From NCBI GenBank assembly GCA_964445435.1, contig CAYUKU010000007.1:3653-67652 (forward strand): a stretch of 64,000 nucleotides of DNA, in the 5' to 3' direction. Below, piece after piece: positions 27,972 through 37,492 of the stretch. Below the pieces are notes generated by a model. It was given only the letters and a program-made list of their open reading frames with translations. It was not told the DNA's origin and ran no database searches. Position numbers and translations under genes: made by a program. Source of the stretch: an uncultured Gammaproteobacteria bacterium (lineage in GTDB: Bacteria; Patescibacteriota; Microgenomatia; UBA10105; UBA927). How positions within the stretch are numbered: position 1 is the first letter of the stretch; every line of letters starts with the position of its first letter.

Positions 27972-28436
27972 ATGGACACGAGAGCGGGGAACAAGAAGCA
28001 CAACGACTGGAAGACCGTTTCGTTATTTCTGGCGGGATTGGCTGCAATTGTCGGGATGGTCGCGATGATTTCGTACTCCACGGGAAACGGCATCTTCGCC
28101 GCCAACCAGGACAGGATCCAGCAGATATGCGCGAAGGTCGGTGCGTCATCTCAGGCGTGCCAGAGACTCATGAATCGTGGCGGAACGCCGGAAGTACAGG
28201 CGTGGTGCAGCGAAAAATGTGCTCAGTATTCCGATCCCAAATACAACAAGGCATGTAAGCTGGTTTGCGCGGCAGTGAACACGAAGAACGAGAAAACCGG
28301 AAGAATGCGATCTTGCGAGTCAGTCTGTGACAACTTCGGGAACGATAATTTCAAAAAGCAGTGTTTCTCTGTCTGTCCGTCACTCATCAATCCGGCATTT
28401 GTATCGCCAAGCGCCACACCGTCGCCCAAATCTTGA
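27972..28436 (+). CDS. Membrane-anchored Cys-rich protein
   Basis: N-terminal TM; repeated CxxxC; TTGACA at 27935. Confidence 0.75.
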   Translation: MDTRAGNKKHNDWKTVSLFLAGLAAIVGMVAMISYSTGNGIFAANQDRIQQICAKVGASSQACQRLMNRGGTPEVQAWCSEKCAQYSDPKYNKACKLVCAAVNTKNEKTGRMRSCESVCDNFGNDNFKKQCFSVCPSLINPAFVSPSATPSPKS

Positions 28437-28510
28437 AAAGACACTGATGGCGTGAAGGAAACGCTTGACAACGGGGTATATTCGTGACACGCTGAAGAAG
28501 AAATTATCGT

Positions 28511-29278
28511 ATGCAACCGAAAACCTTATCTCCTTTGGTTTTTGCCATCCCCCTGGGAGCCGCAGCACTCCTCGTTGGATTTACCATCTTAGCTACCGGG
28601 GCGAATACGGATATCCGTGGACGCGCAAGCAACGACACGCAGAACGCGTGTGTGAAGAAGTGTAAACTCGTCGCCGGCAACAACAAAAACAAATGCGACA
28701 GTGCGTGTACGGAAGTTATCGCAGGAACAATGACCTGTTATGAGGCGAAAGACGAAGTTTCTGCCGGTTTTGTGAATGTATGTTGGGATTACAGCCCGGT
28801 AGGGAGAGCCTGCAATGCACAGTGTTCAGGAGTGGGCGATTCATTTAGCGCAGGCGGCGGAGCCGCAAAGGGATTGTGTACCAATGTCTGCCGAAGCGTG
28901 CTTTCCGGTGAGCAGACTTGCCGGCAGGCGTGTGATGCCAGAATGCAGGGAAATTTGGCTAAGTTCAAAACGCAGTGTATGACGAAGTGTCAATCGTTTA
29001 AGCTCCCCAATACACCGACTCCATCGTCACAGTCGATTCCTACGCCGACAGGAGAAGGGCCGACGCCGACGCCGGGCGGTGCAGTGAATTGTTCGCAGGT
29101 GTGCTCAGGAAACGGCGGATTCAGCGGCGTAAATGCACAAAAGTACCGTACGGAATGTACCAACATGTGTAATGAGATAAACGCCGGCACGAAAACCTGT
29201 CCCAGTGCATGTAACAAATATAGTAGCAACGACTATCTCAAAAACCTCTGCATGACGAAGCTCTGTTCGAGCAACTAG
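28511..29278 (+). CDS. Membrane-anchored Cys-rich repeat protein
   Basis: TM then DIRGRAS, many CxxxC, PTPT linker; TTGACA at 28465. Confidence 0.85.
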   Translation: MQPKTLSPLVFAIPLGAAALLVGFTILATGANTDIRGRASNDTQNACVKKCKLVAGNNKNKCDSACTEVIAGTMTCYEAKDEVSAGFVNVCWDYSPVGRACNAQCSGVGDSFSAGGGAAKGLCTNVCRSVLSGEQTCRQACDARMQGNLAKFKTQCMTKCQSFKLPNTPTPSSQSIPTPTGEGPTPTPGGAVNCSQVCSGNGGFSGVNAQKYRTECTNMCNEINAGTKTCPSACNKYSSNDYLKNLCMTKLCSSN

Positions 29279-29307
29279 TTCTTCCGGCGATCAGATATAC
29301 TATTTCT

Positions 29308-29847
29308 ATGGGTGAAAATGTGATGGAGCTTTTCGCACCCAAAGACGTCAAGGAGGAGTTTCCCTGGTGGTTTTCTCTTCATCCGCTTGCCGAGGCCGGG
29401 GAGACCGGGAAAACGCTTCTTGAGGCAACCGGCGAGACGAAGGATTCGCTTCTCTGGGGCGGCCGGTGGATGGGTCCGGGCGACGGTGCGGCAGTGGGAT
29501 CAGTCAGTAGCGGCACCGTTGCGATTGCTTCCAATGGCGATTATCACTGGGTGGAATTTCTCATGCCGACGAAAGAATTCCCCCGGGAATCCGTGCGGCA
29601 GATGGTATCCGCGTTCACCCAAACCGGATGCGACCTGGTCGTAATCGGCGGACCGGCGGACAAAGAGGACGCGTGGGCATACAGAAGCGCCATAGCCGGC
29701 CAGTTGGGCGAAGTAGGTCTTTCGGTATCCTCACTTCACTATCTTTCTCCGAAGCCGGGTGAATCGATTAATATGGTTGCTATTTGCGATCCTCAGGGCA
29801 AGCTCCATGTCTACGCTGCGCATGATCCCAGCGTGCCGGAGCCTTAA
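29308..29847 (+). CDS. Hypothetical protein
   Basis: TATACT 6 nt before ATG; 179 aa. Confidence 0.75.
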   Translation: MGENVMELFAPKDVKEEFPWWFSLHPLAEAGETGKTLLEATGETKDSLLWGGRWMGPGDGAAVGSVSSGTVAIASNGDYHWVEFLMPTKEFPRESVRQMVSAFTQTGCDLVVIGGPADKEDAWAYRSAIAGQLGEVGLSVSSLHYLSPKPGESINMVAICDPQGKLHVYAAHDPSVPEP

Positions 29848-30944
29848 GTTTCCTGAGGTCGCGGGGGAGGGATGGGGAAGTCCCGGGTAACAAAGCCCTT
29901 GAGGTCATTTCTCGGTTTTACCCGTTGTCTGATGGCCCGCTGCGTTCGTAGGCTTGCTCCTTTTTCCGATTGCGTAAGATGGAAAACGAGTCTCAGGTGT
30001 TTCGGGGCGGTTGCTCCATTTTGGATCGGAATGATGCCATAGACGAGCGTTTTGAAGCGTGTCGCATAAGGCGTATCCATGTCGGACATCTCGCCTCCGT
30101 AGATTTCAGTTACGATCGCATCTGCATCATCGGCAGTGATGCCATCTGGAAGATCGATATGAGTCCAGCATGACACGGCGCCACGCGGGGCAGTGTGAAA
30201 GGTATTTTCCCAGAGCGCCTTTGGTGAGACCTTTTTTCGCAGAAATGCTCTTTTTGGGGGAAACTCTACCATGCGGGCAATGTCGCCATCGGGGTCTGAG
30301 ACGACCAATCCAAACTGGCACATCGCATTGGCACGAAGACTGATCGGTTCATTCCAGGATGTGCCCTCCGGCTGTGCGACAAGAATCTCCAGGGTGAGCC
30401 GTTCGTTGATGGGCATGTGGAATATGGACATGGGGCGAAGCGGTTTACCCGTAAATCCTTCGCCGGCCAATACAGGCTGGACATAGCGAAGCGCCGCAAA
30501 CATGCTAGGCTGCATCCATTTTAAGGTTTTGACGAGCGCTCGTGTAATGGCCTCAGGCGTCCCCGGATCGGTCGTCTGCGGTCCATTGAAGGTAAACCGA
30601 AGTTCCGCCAGTCCTGCGCCCTGTCCTATCGTAAATCCTTCCTGCCGGTCATCATACGCCTGAGCTGGAGGAGCGAATGTTGGCCGGTTTTTGGGATGGA
30701 GAATATCGTATTGGATGGGTTTGTTGTATTCGATGTAGGCGATGGTGAAGGCGGTCGCGGCAATCTTATATGCGTTGAGGGTCGGCTCCCAGTCAAATGC
30801 GTGGCCTTGTCTGATGGCATATGCGAAGCGTGTCTCGTATTCATGGGCGGCATCAGCAAAGAGGAAGTGTCCCCATCCGCGGGCCATGAGATCTCCCACG
30901 AGATCGTGGGTTTTGTCCTGTTCGTGCGTTTCCGGTGCTGACAT
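29844..30944 (-). CDS. Hypothetical protein
   Basis: 366-aa ORF with convergent overlap. Confidence 0.75.
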   Translation of the reverse strand: MSAPETHEQDKTHDLVGDLMARGWGHFLFADAAHEYETRFAYAIRQGHAFDWEPTLNAYKIAATAFTIAYIEYNKPIQYDILHPKNRPTFAPPAQAYDDRQEGFTIGQGAGLAELRFTFNGPQTTDPGTPEAITRALVKTLKWMQPSMFAALRYVQPVLAGEGFTGKPLRPMSIFHMPINERLTLEILVAQPEGTSWNEPISLRANAMCQFGLVVSDPDGDIARMVEFPPKRAFLRKKVSPKALWENTFHTAPRGAVSCWTHIDLPDGITADDADAIVTEIYGGEMSDMDTPYATRFKTLVYGIIPIQNGATAPKHLRLVFHLTQSEKGASLRTQRAIRQRVKPRNDLKGFVTRDFPIPPPRPQET

Positions 30945-31243
30945 ACGTAGACGAGTGGATTATATCTCAGATTAGCACGACAATACTACTAATATATAGG
31001 ATATGCTATTATTTAATAGATTGATATAGATAAAATATCTCTACGTCTACAAAAAACCGGCTTCCTCTTTTTCAAGAAGACTGGCCAGTTGTAATTTCCT
31101 TCCCCGCTTCCGCTTGGGTTGGACAAGGCAGTGTTGTCTTGTGCATCGATTATAAGACCTATAGCATGTCGTGTCAAGATAGAGAAAACCTATACAGAGG
31201 CATAGTTGATACGGTATACTGGGAAAATTATTGAGGAGGACAT

Positions 31244-31666
31244 ATGCGCGAACAAACAGTCGTTCTTATCAAGCCCGACGGATTTACGAAGAAAGTCGTA
31301 GGTCAGGTCATCGACCGCTTCGAACGGGCGGGACTGGATGTGGTGGCCCTCAAAATGGTGCGCCTGACTGAGGACATCCTCAAAACCTGGTACGCCCATC
31401 ACGCAGACAAACCGTTTTTCCCCTCTCTTGTTTCCGACATGATGGCCACGCCGGTTGTCGCGATGGTTGTAGCAGGGGAGGGAGCGATCCAGAAGGTATT
31501 TGATATCTGCGGCCCGACTGATCCGGCAGAAGCCAAGCCGGGAACGATCAGGCGCGATTTTGGGGAATCCAAACCCAAGAATGTGGTGCACAGAAGCGAT
31601 TCACCTGAGGCCGCGGAGAAGGAAATTAGCCTTCTGTTCAAACCGGAAGAGCTATTTCAAAGCTAA
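31244..31666 (+). CDS. ndk: Nucleoside diphosphate kinase
   Basis: EQTVVLIKPDG, GPTDPAEAKPGTIR, NVVHRSDS. Confidence 0.97.
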   Translation: MREQTVVLIKPDGFTKKVVGQVIDRFERAGLDVVALKMVRLTEDILKTWYAHHADKPFFPSLVSDMMATPVVAMVVAGEGAIQKVFDICGPTDPAEAKPGTIRRDFGESKPKNVVHRSDSPEAAEKEISLLFKPEELFQS

Positions 31667-31676
31667 GCTTTGAAAT
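31654..31676 (+). repeat. REP-like palindrome family A, copy 4 (contains the ndk stop codon)
   Basis: ATTTCAAAGCTAAGCTTTGAAAT. Confidence 0.9.
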
Positions 31677-31697
31677 TTTGCGGATTGTTCCGACGGG

Positions 31698-32333
31698 CTA
31701 AAGAAATAGGCCATCCTCGATTTTTCCATTTTCACTTTCTTTAAGGAGCACTGCGTATGTGACGTGATCGGAGACAAACCGCATGTATGCTGCAGGACTC
31801 CCAAAATGAGACAGAATTTCGGCTATTACGCAAAACGGATGGCTCGCAATATGGAGATATTCCTGACAAGATGACCACTTCCATTCTTCAGGCTTTTCGG
31901 TGATTTTGGCAATGACTGGATTGAGATGAATGTAGCGGGAAATATGAAGAAGTAGCTCGTCACTTTCCACAGCTTTCGCCTTAAACGTATATTCAAACAA
32001 TCTTCCGCTTCTATGATTGTTGATATTGAAAAATTTTGTGTAGCTTGTGTTGAGTTTGTGCATGAATTCCGTGATGCCGCCGTCTGCTTTTTGCTTAATA
32101 AGGAAATGATAATGGTTTGGCATGAGACAGTAAGAAAGTATGTCGACCTTCGTGTTCAAAGCTAAGCTTTGATTGTAGGAAGATCGTTCTGTGGCGCTGC
32201 CCGTTTTGAGGATTGACCGGATTGTTGAAACAAACCGGAGATAATGCCCGTAGCGCTGGAAAACAATACGCTTATCCACGCCACGGTTATAGATGTGATA
32301 ATAGCCGTTGGTAAAAAACGGGGCAGGCCGCAT
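31698..32333 (-). mobile_element. HUH/Y1 REP-associated tyrosine transposase (RAYT/TnpA-REP)
   Basis: YYHIYNRG, YCLMPNHYH (HUH), GRLFE..FKA, RYIHLNPV, WKWSS; flanked by inverted REP copies; no tnpB. Confidence 0.9.
32155..32176 (+). repeat. REP-like palindrome family A, copy 5, inside the RAYT CDS
   Basis: TTCAAAGCTAAGCTTTGATTGT; encodes YNQSLALN on the minus strand. Confidence 0.9.
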
Positions 32334-32352
32334 TTAAGAAGATTGTACTGCG

Positions 32353-32385
32353 GCGCTAGAAAAATTCAAAGCTTAGCTTTGAATT
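32353..32385 (-). repeat. REP-like palindrome family A, copy 6
   Basis: GCGCTAGAAA-AATTCAAAGCTTAGCTTTGAATT. Confidence 0.9.
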
Positions 32386-32474
32386 AAAACTCATCCACCC
32401 CTCAGGAACAACGCAACATCGCCAACGATTGGCTATATCTTTGTCGTCCCTGAGGGGGGCCATATCTGAGATTT

Positions 32475-32691
32475 CTACTTCGGCTCAAACCAGCAGTAGG
32501 TGGACAGGTTCGTACTCTCATTCGTGAGGGTGCAGGACGCATTGCTGTTGGGCGTCATGTCGGGAATTTTGAAGCCGACTGTCAGCCGGTTTGTATCCTC
32601 ATACGTGACCGTCCAGGTGCCGCCTGCGGAGCGCATGCCGTAAGCAAAACTATCAAAACGAGCAGGGTAGTACGAAGTGTGGTAAAAACAT
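32475..32691 (-). pseudogene. Frameshifted lipoprotein remnant
   Basis: AAGGAG SD then ATG-T5; shifted frame TTLLVLIVLLTACAP (lipobox); another frame ends ...STYCWFEPK-TAG. Confidence 0.45.
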
Positions 32692-32874
32692 GAGGGATCT
32701 CCTTAAGAGTGGATTTTTGTTCAGATATGGAACGCGTGAGGTGGGTGTGGACGCGCCTGGGCCATCGCGTGAATCCGTCATGGCGGGCACAAATGATTCA
32801 CACGCCTACGCGGGATGTTAAAGGACGTTGGAGGAGAGGAAGTATTCCAAAACCGATCGGAGAATGCTATAAGC

Positions 32875-33270
32875 TTATCGGATTAAAAAGTCTTGGTCGG
32901 GGAGGAGAGGAAGTTTGCCTGTCCATTCGGTATATCGCGCTTCATCAATGGCTTCTATTTCAAACAACCTGTCAAGGAGAGCAGACAGAAGTATGCGTTT
33001 CGTGTACAGCGGTTGAGGGAAGGTTACCTGCAAGTCGAATGAAGGAAGGGCTTCGAGGTTGAATCGCTCTAGCTGGGCTTCCGTCCAGTCAAGCATGGCC
33101 ATGACAAGCGGTGTTTTTCTTGCGTCATGAACGGTAGTTTCCGTGACCGTACGCAACATCATACCGGTGAATATTTCTACCGGCACAGCAGGATGCGTCT
33201 GGGCGATCTCTATTTTCCGCTCGTCAGGAATATCGCTCCATTCGGTCAGGATTGGAATCTCTTCTGTCAT
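32875..33270 (-). CDS. Hypothetical protein
   Basis: TATAAT 6 nt before ATG; 131 aa. Confidence 0.7.
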   Translation of the reverse strand: MTEEIPILTEWSDIPDERKIEIAQTHPAVPVEIFTGMMLRTVTETTVHDARKTPLVMAMLDWTEAQLERFNLEALPSFDLQVTFPQPLYTKRILLSALLDRLFEIEAIDEARYTEWTGKLPLLPDQDFLIR

Positions 33271-33329
33271 ATGGCTATTATATTACAGGATAATAATGTT
33301 TTTCATATACAGCATTGGCACACCTGTGG

Positions 33330-34001
33330 TTATGTTATGCTTGCTCTAAGTGGCGGGGCGTCAGCAGCAAGCTGGGGAACAGGGAGCGCTGAGCCGATAA
33401 TGCTCTCTGCGATATATCCGCAGGCGACCATAGCCATGCCTGCACCGAGCCGCGTTTCCGGACGCACTCCCGTAAGGTGTTCTACGCGGTCCAGAACAGA
33501 GACTGGCTGCCTGCCTGCGGCAAGATATCCGGCAAGGACGTTGTCGGCGGTGTGTATGTGGGCATATCCCAGCTGGCGGGCGATCTGCTGTCGGTCAAAG
33601 ATGCCCGAAAGAAGTGTGTGCATGATGCGAATTTGCCGTGGATCAAATGCATCTTGCTTCCACAGGTGCGGCGTTGGTTGCATACGGTCTATGATGCCTT
33701 CGCGGTACATCCAGAGCGCTATTTCCTCTGTTTTCCTTGGTCTCCAGCCGGTGAGGCTATATATTTTATCTACCGTTGCACGGCCGTAATTGCTGTGCAG
33801 TTTGTTTTGCACATACCTCTTTGAATAATGAAGTACGCCACCCGCTGTGCTTAGGCGGTAGCCATGGGTAGTCAGGGTGACAATCTGGCGCTCTAGAGGG
33901 TCGAAGATCGCGCGCAATGCCTCGACAGGTATTTTGCCGTCTGTTGATTCCCTAACGGATGAATAGGAATGGAGGATGAGCTCTGTTTCCAGTGTGTTCA
34001 T
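33330..34001 (-). CDS. Tandem LuxR-like HTH protein
   Basis: Two repeats: FDPLERQIV...LTGWRP and FDPRQIRIM...QQIARQLG...LTGVRP. Confidence 0.55.
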   Translation of the reverse strand: MNTLETELILHSYSSVRESTDGKIPVEALRAIFDPLERQIVTLTTHGYRLSTAGGVLHYSKRYVQNKLHSNYGRATVDKIYSLTGWRPRKTEEIALWMYREGIIDRMQPTPHLWKQDAFDPRQIRIMHTLLSGIFDRQQIARQLGYAHIHTADNVLAGYLAAGRQPVSVLDRVEHLTGVRPETRLGAGMAMVACGYIAESIIGSALPVPQLAADAPPLRASIT

Positions 34002-34005
34002 AGTT

Positions 34006-36219
34006 TTACTGTCGTGTTGCTGGACGATTGAGTTCTTCTACATAGTCAACAATCAGATGTGCAAGTGCCTGGTACATCGCAAGTGCTTTTGCAGGTGCGG
34101 TGTCAGAATGGTGCGTCATCTCTGAGAGATGATCAAACAAACGTTGGGGGGCGGTGCGTGGTTCTGTCCAGTCTCTTGTCCGGGGAAGCGGCATGCCTGA
34201 CTCAAGAATCTGCTGGGCGAACTCCGACATGCCTACTGCGGAAAGCGCGTTCTGGTGATGCAGAAGATAGGTGAGATTGCGCTGCAGAAGCAGCCCCCAC
34301 CGAAGGCTGTCCGGCAGTCGCCCGCCGGGTATTACGTCTTGCGTATTTGTGGTGAGCCCTGTGGCCGCAAGAAACGCGTCGGTAACCGTCGCAGGTGCGT
34401 TGTCAAACACAGACAGAAGTGCGTAATACCGCGAAAAAACGGATTGGATATGGGCGATGACCGGAGAAGCGAGCATCTGCCGCGCGTCTTCGCTTTGCCC
34501 ATAACGGTTTTCTACAACGGCGGTTATAGGCAGTGCTTCCTCGTGACTCAGAAACGTCCATCCGTTTTCCACGAAAAACTTGCCGATGAGTTTGCGCAAT
34601 TTTTCGCGTGTTTTGCGAAGCGCTCTGGTGTGTATAGGGTCTTTGCGGCGAAATACGAGTTCAAAGAGGGGTTTGTAAGACTCAATCGCATCAGTTTCTT
34701 GGAGTTGGTCTTTCACTGCTGTTAGGTACGGGATGGGATCAAGAAACACGCGGCGTACCTCCGACCGGATGAGCCAGTCGTTGAGCAGTGAGCTATAAAG
34801 CGTCAGATTTTTGGTTTGAAGGGCAGTGACGAGTTTCTGATGCTGTTCATACAGGTAGTGATCTTCGCCGGGAAGAGAGAATACAGGGATATCCAGGTCA
34901 AAGAGCGCTTCAAACTGTTTATCGGGGTTGAGGATGATGTCGGATTGGGCGATGACGGCGGCCATGCGGCCTTCCGAAATAATTTTGTTCAGAACAGGCC
35001 GGTTGCCATCGACCAGTGCGCGCATGTCCGGTGCACGGTTAAGGTCGTACACACACTGGGCGACATACAAAGGATCAATATGCATTTGTTTCATGTGTGC
35101 CGCAAGCTCGTACAAATGCCGCGTATTGGGGGTGAAGAATTTATTGTGTGCAAGTTTTACCAGGCCTGCGAATTCACCGGCCCGCATCGTTGTATACGGG
35201 GCCAACTTGTTGGCGCCCAATTTGAGCAGAAATCCGCCCCATCCCCCCAGAAGGGGCACTGCACTTCTGTCATATTTGGCGCCAACGGTAACCGGTGTAT
35301 TGAGAAGATAGGACATATCCAAATTCGCATCGACCGCGTATCCGGAAGAGAGAAGTTGCGGCCGGAATGAGTCTTCGTCCAGCGCGATGGCATAGGCGAT
35401 TTCTCCACCCATAGAATGGCCATTGAGCATGAGGTGTTGGATGTTTGCGTATCGCTTTTCCAGGTTTTCCCGTTTGCGTGTCGTGACATAGTCAAGAAGC
35501 TCGTGTGTGGCGTACTGAACCTGACGTTTGCCATGTTCTTCCAGATGATAAGGGAATACGCCCCAAACCGGATCGTTGACCCGCGTTTTTTCAGCGCCCA
35601 TGATCGATAAGACTGCCTTGATACGGTGAGAATTGGGGTTGTCATCAGTCCACTTGGTCATGGTGTTTCTGGCGGTTTGCTCAATGGCGATGCTGCTACC
35701 GCCAAATCCGTGCCACTCAACGTCGAGCGATGTGGCGTCGCGGATTTTCTGGTCGATCATGCTTTGACACGCTTTTGCCCGCAAGGACTGGGCGAGCCGT
35801 TCGTACGAACGAACACCGTGTCTGGGAAAAAGATACGTCGGGGCGTTTTTGCGGAAGTTTTTGCCTTTCAGAAGTTCATCAATCTGACCAAGTCCATCCT
35901 GGACTTCCTGCGCCTCAGCGCGCGTAAGAGAAATAAGGAGTTTGCCGGCTGTGCCGCGCGCGCCGTACTCTTGTATATCGTTTTTCGTCTGGTGCGCCAT
36001 GCCGATATCGACCGCGAGGATGGATGTGTTGGCATCCAGGTGCGCGTCGTAGACGGTAAATCCGGTATGGGTTTCCGTTTTTAACATGTCTTGGATCCAG
36101 AGCTGGCGCCGGCCGAAGGCCTCCCGCATGGCTTCATTGCTGTAATCCATGGGAGCGGATTCCCGGTCAAACCGGCGGGTGGTAAGTTCTGCGGTTGCTG
36201 GTTGTTCTTCTCGTGCCAT
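34006..36219 (-). CDS. Large alpha/beta hydrolase
   Basis: WHGFGGS, NGHSMGG nucleophile elbow, QSDIIL (Asp), GEDHY (His); start taken as MAREEQ. Confidence 0.8.
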   Translation of the reverse strand: MAREEQPATAELTTRRFDRESAPMDYSNEAMREAFGRRQLWIQDMLKTETHTGFTVYDAHLDANTSILAVDIGMAHQTKNDIQEYGARGTAGKLLISLTRAEAQEVQDGLGQIDELLKGKNFRKNAPTYLFPRHGVRSYERLAQSLRAKACQSMIDQKIRDATSLDVEWHGFGGSSIAIEQTARNTMTKWTDDNPNSHRIKAVLSIMGAEKTRVNDPVWGVFPYHLEEHGKRQVQYATHELLDYVTTRKRENLEKRYANIQHLMLNGHSMGGEIAYAIALDEDSFRPQLLSSGYAVDANLDMSYLLNTPVTVGAKYDRSAVPLLGGWGGFLLKLGANKLAPYTTMRAGEFAGLVKLAHNKFFTPNTRHLYELAAHMKQMHIDPLYVAQCVYDLNRAPDMRALVDGNRPVLNKIISEGRMAAVIAQSDIILNPDKQFEALFDLDIPVFSLPGEDHYLYEQHQKLVTALQTKNLTLYSSLLNDWLIRSEVRRVFLDPIPYLTAVKDQLQETDAIESYKPLFELVFRRKDPIHTRALRKTREKLRKLIGKFFVENGWTFLSHEEALPITAVVENRYGQSEDARQMLASPVIAHIQSVFSRYYALLSVFDNAPATVTDAFLAATGLTTNTQDVIPGGRLPDSLRWGLLLQRNLTYLLHHQNALSAVGMSEFAQQILESGMPLPRTRDWTEPRTAPQRLFDHLSEMTHHSDTAPAKALAMYQALAHLIVDYVEELNRPATRQ

Positions 36220-36224
36220 AGGAT

Positions 36225-36257
36225 TTAGCTTCGCAAGGCCTGGCCTTGCGAAGCTAA
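36225..36257 (+). repeat. REP-like palindrome family B, copy 3
   Basis: TTAGCTTCGCAAGGCCTGGCCTTGCGAAGCTAA, 5 nt from the hydrolase ATG. Confidence 0.92.
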
Positions 36258-36561
36258 GAGTTGGATTGGTTCTGCTGTCGTAAATCCTCAATCCTCAAAG
36301 TGCTTTGAGGGCTGGGGATTCAAAGGGAGGCAAGCAGATTTTGAAAGAGAAATTGATCATCGTGAGATGAGATTTCTACAGACAAAAACTGTTTGTCACG
36401 CGTCCAATGAATCTTGATTCTTCTCCGGGGGAGCCGCCACGAGCTCATAGTCTGGCTACAGGGCCAAAACGTGTATGAGTCATGAGCGATGACGGCTCCC
36501 TTTCGAAAGGAGGAGAAGAGGAAACCGCTGGCCGGTCCGCCGAAACCGGCAGCGAGTCTCT

Positions 36562-37341
36562 TTACGGATTGGGGGTCGGAGTCGGGATGAGTGTTGGATA
36601 AATCTGGATGTGAACGTAGTAGTCTACAACACCTATGATGGCTCCGTACTCCACCATGGGATCACCATTTCGGTCGTTGAAAGCGCTGCGTTCCGCCTTG
36701 ATTGCGATTTCTTTCTTGACGACCTCTACGATGAAAATCCATGTATTGCCCGGAATCCACTTATCATCTTCGGTATTGGCGATGCCGAAGCGATATTCAG
36801 GCAGACCTTTTTCGTTCCGAACTACGATGGTGCAGTAGTTCGCAACTACTTTGGCGTGCGTTGCATCCGTAAATTCTACGCGAATTTGCAGATACGCGGG
36901 TTTCCGTGGGCAATTTTCCGACTGGAATCCTACCAGGCGCGAGCTTTCATCCGCGCTGAGGGGTTCCGTTATTGGCTGTGTAGCCGTAGGCACAGGTGTG
37001 TTGGTCTGCGTCTCGGTCATCGTCTCGGTCGGCGTCCGTGAGGGCGCGATCGTAACGGTTGCATCTCCAGCGGTCGGGCTCTCGGTTGGATCCGGAGTCG
37101 TGGTCGCTGTCGCCGTGGGGCTGGCGGTCACCGTGAAGGTGAACGTCGCTGTTGGCGGAGTCGTCGTTTCGGCAGTGGCGGTTGCCGTCACATACGGTGC
37201 GAGCAGGTTTTGGATCAGGGCCCAGTTGCCTCCCACAATGCTGGTGCACAGTAGAAGGGCAAAGATACCGATGATCCAGGGCCAGATCTTGCGCCGGCGA
37301 AACAAACGATGGCGGACGGGAATGGTTTTCTGATTCAACAT
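36562..37341 (-). CDS. Membrane-anchored Thr/Pro-rich surface protein
   Basis: AAGGAG SD; RRRK then TM; long T/P/A linker. Confidence 0.8.
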   Translation of the reverse strand: MLNQKTIPVRHRLFRRRKIWPWIIGIFALLLCTSIVGGNWALIQNLLAPYVTATATAETTTPPTATFTFTVTASPTATATTTPDPTESPTAGDATVTIAPSRTPTETMTETQTNTPVPTATQPITEPLSADESSRLVGFQSENCPRKPAYLQIRVEFTDATHAKVVANYCTIVVRNEKGLPEYRFGIANTEDDKWIPGNTWIFIVEVVKKEIAIKAERSAFNDRNGDPMVEYGAIIGVVDYYVHIQIYPTLIPTPTPNP

Positions 37342-37492
37342 GGCTGCTTCTCCTTGGTAGCAGTGGGGGAATCCCCCAGGAATAAAAAATAGGTTTGAGT
37401 ACAAAACGTGCACACAGGTGGGAATCAGGTAATTCCAGCCTCAGTGCACGCTTCGACTCAGCCTCAAGGAGATAGTGCGTGATGCCTCCCTT

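Noticed and set aside
27972-29278. Multiheme cytochromes or ferredoxins
   Set aside because: Cys spacing is CxxxC with no CxxCH or CxxCxxC motifs
31698-32333. IS200/IS605 element with TnpB
   Set aside because: No tnpB; the RAYT-type motifs and dispersed REPs fit a REPtron better
36220-36291. Shared peptide SFARPGLAKL in three ORFs (23268-23552, N-terminus of 34006-36291, 43810-44283)
   Set aside because: It is simply the translation of REP-B; those ORFs or extensions are probably not real
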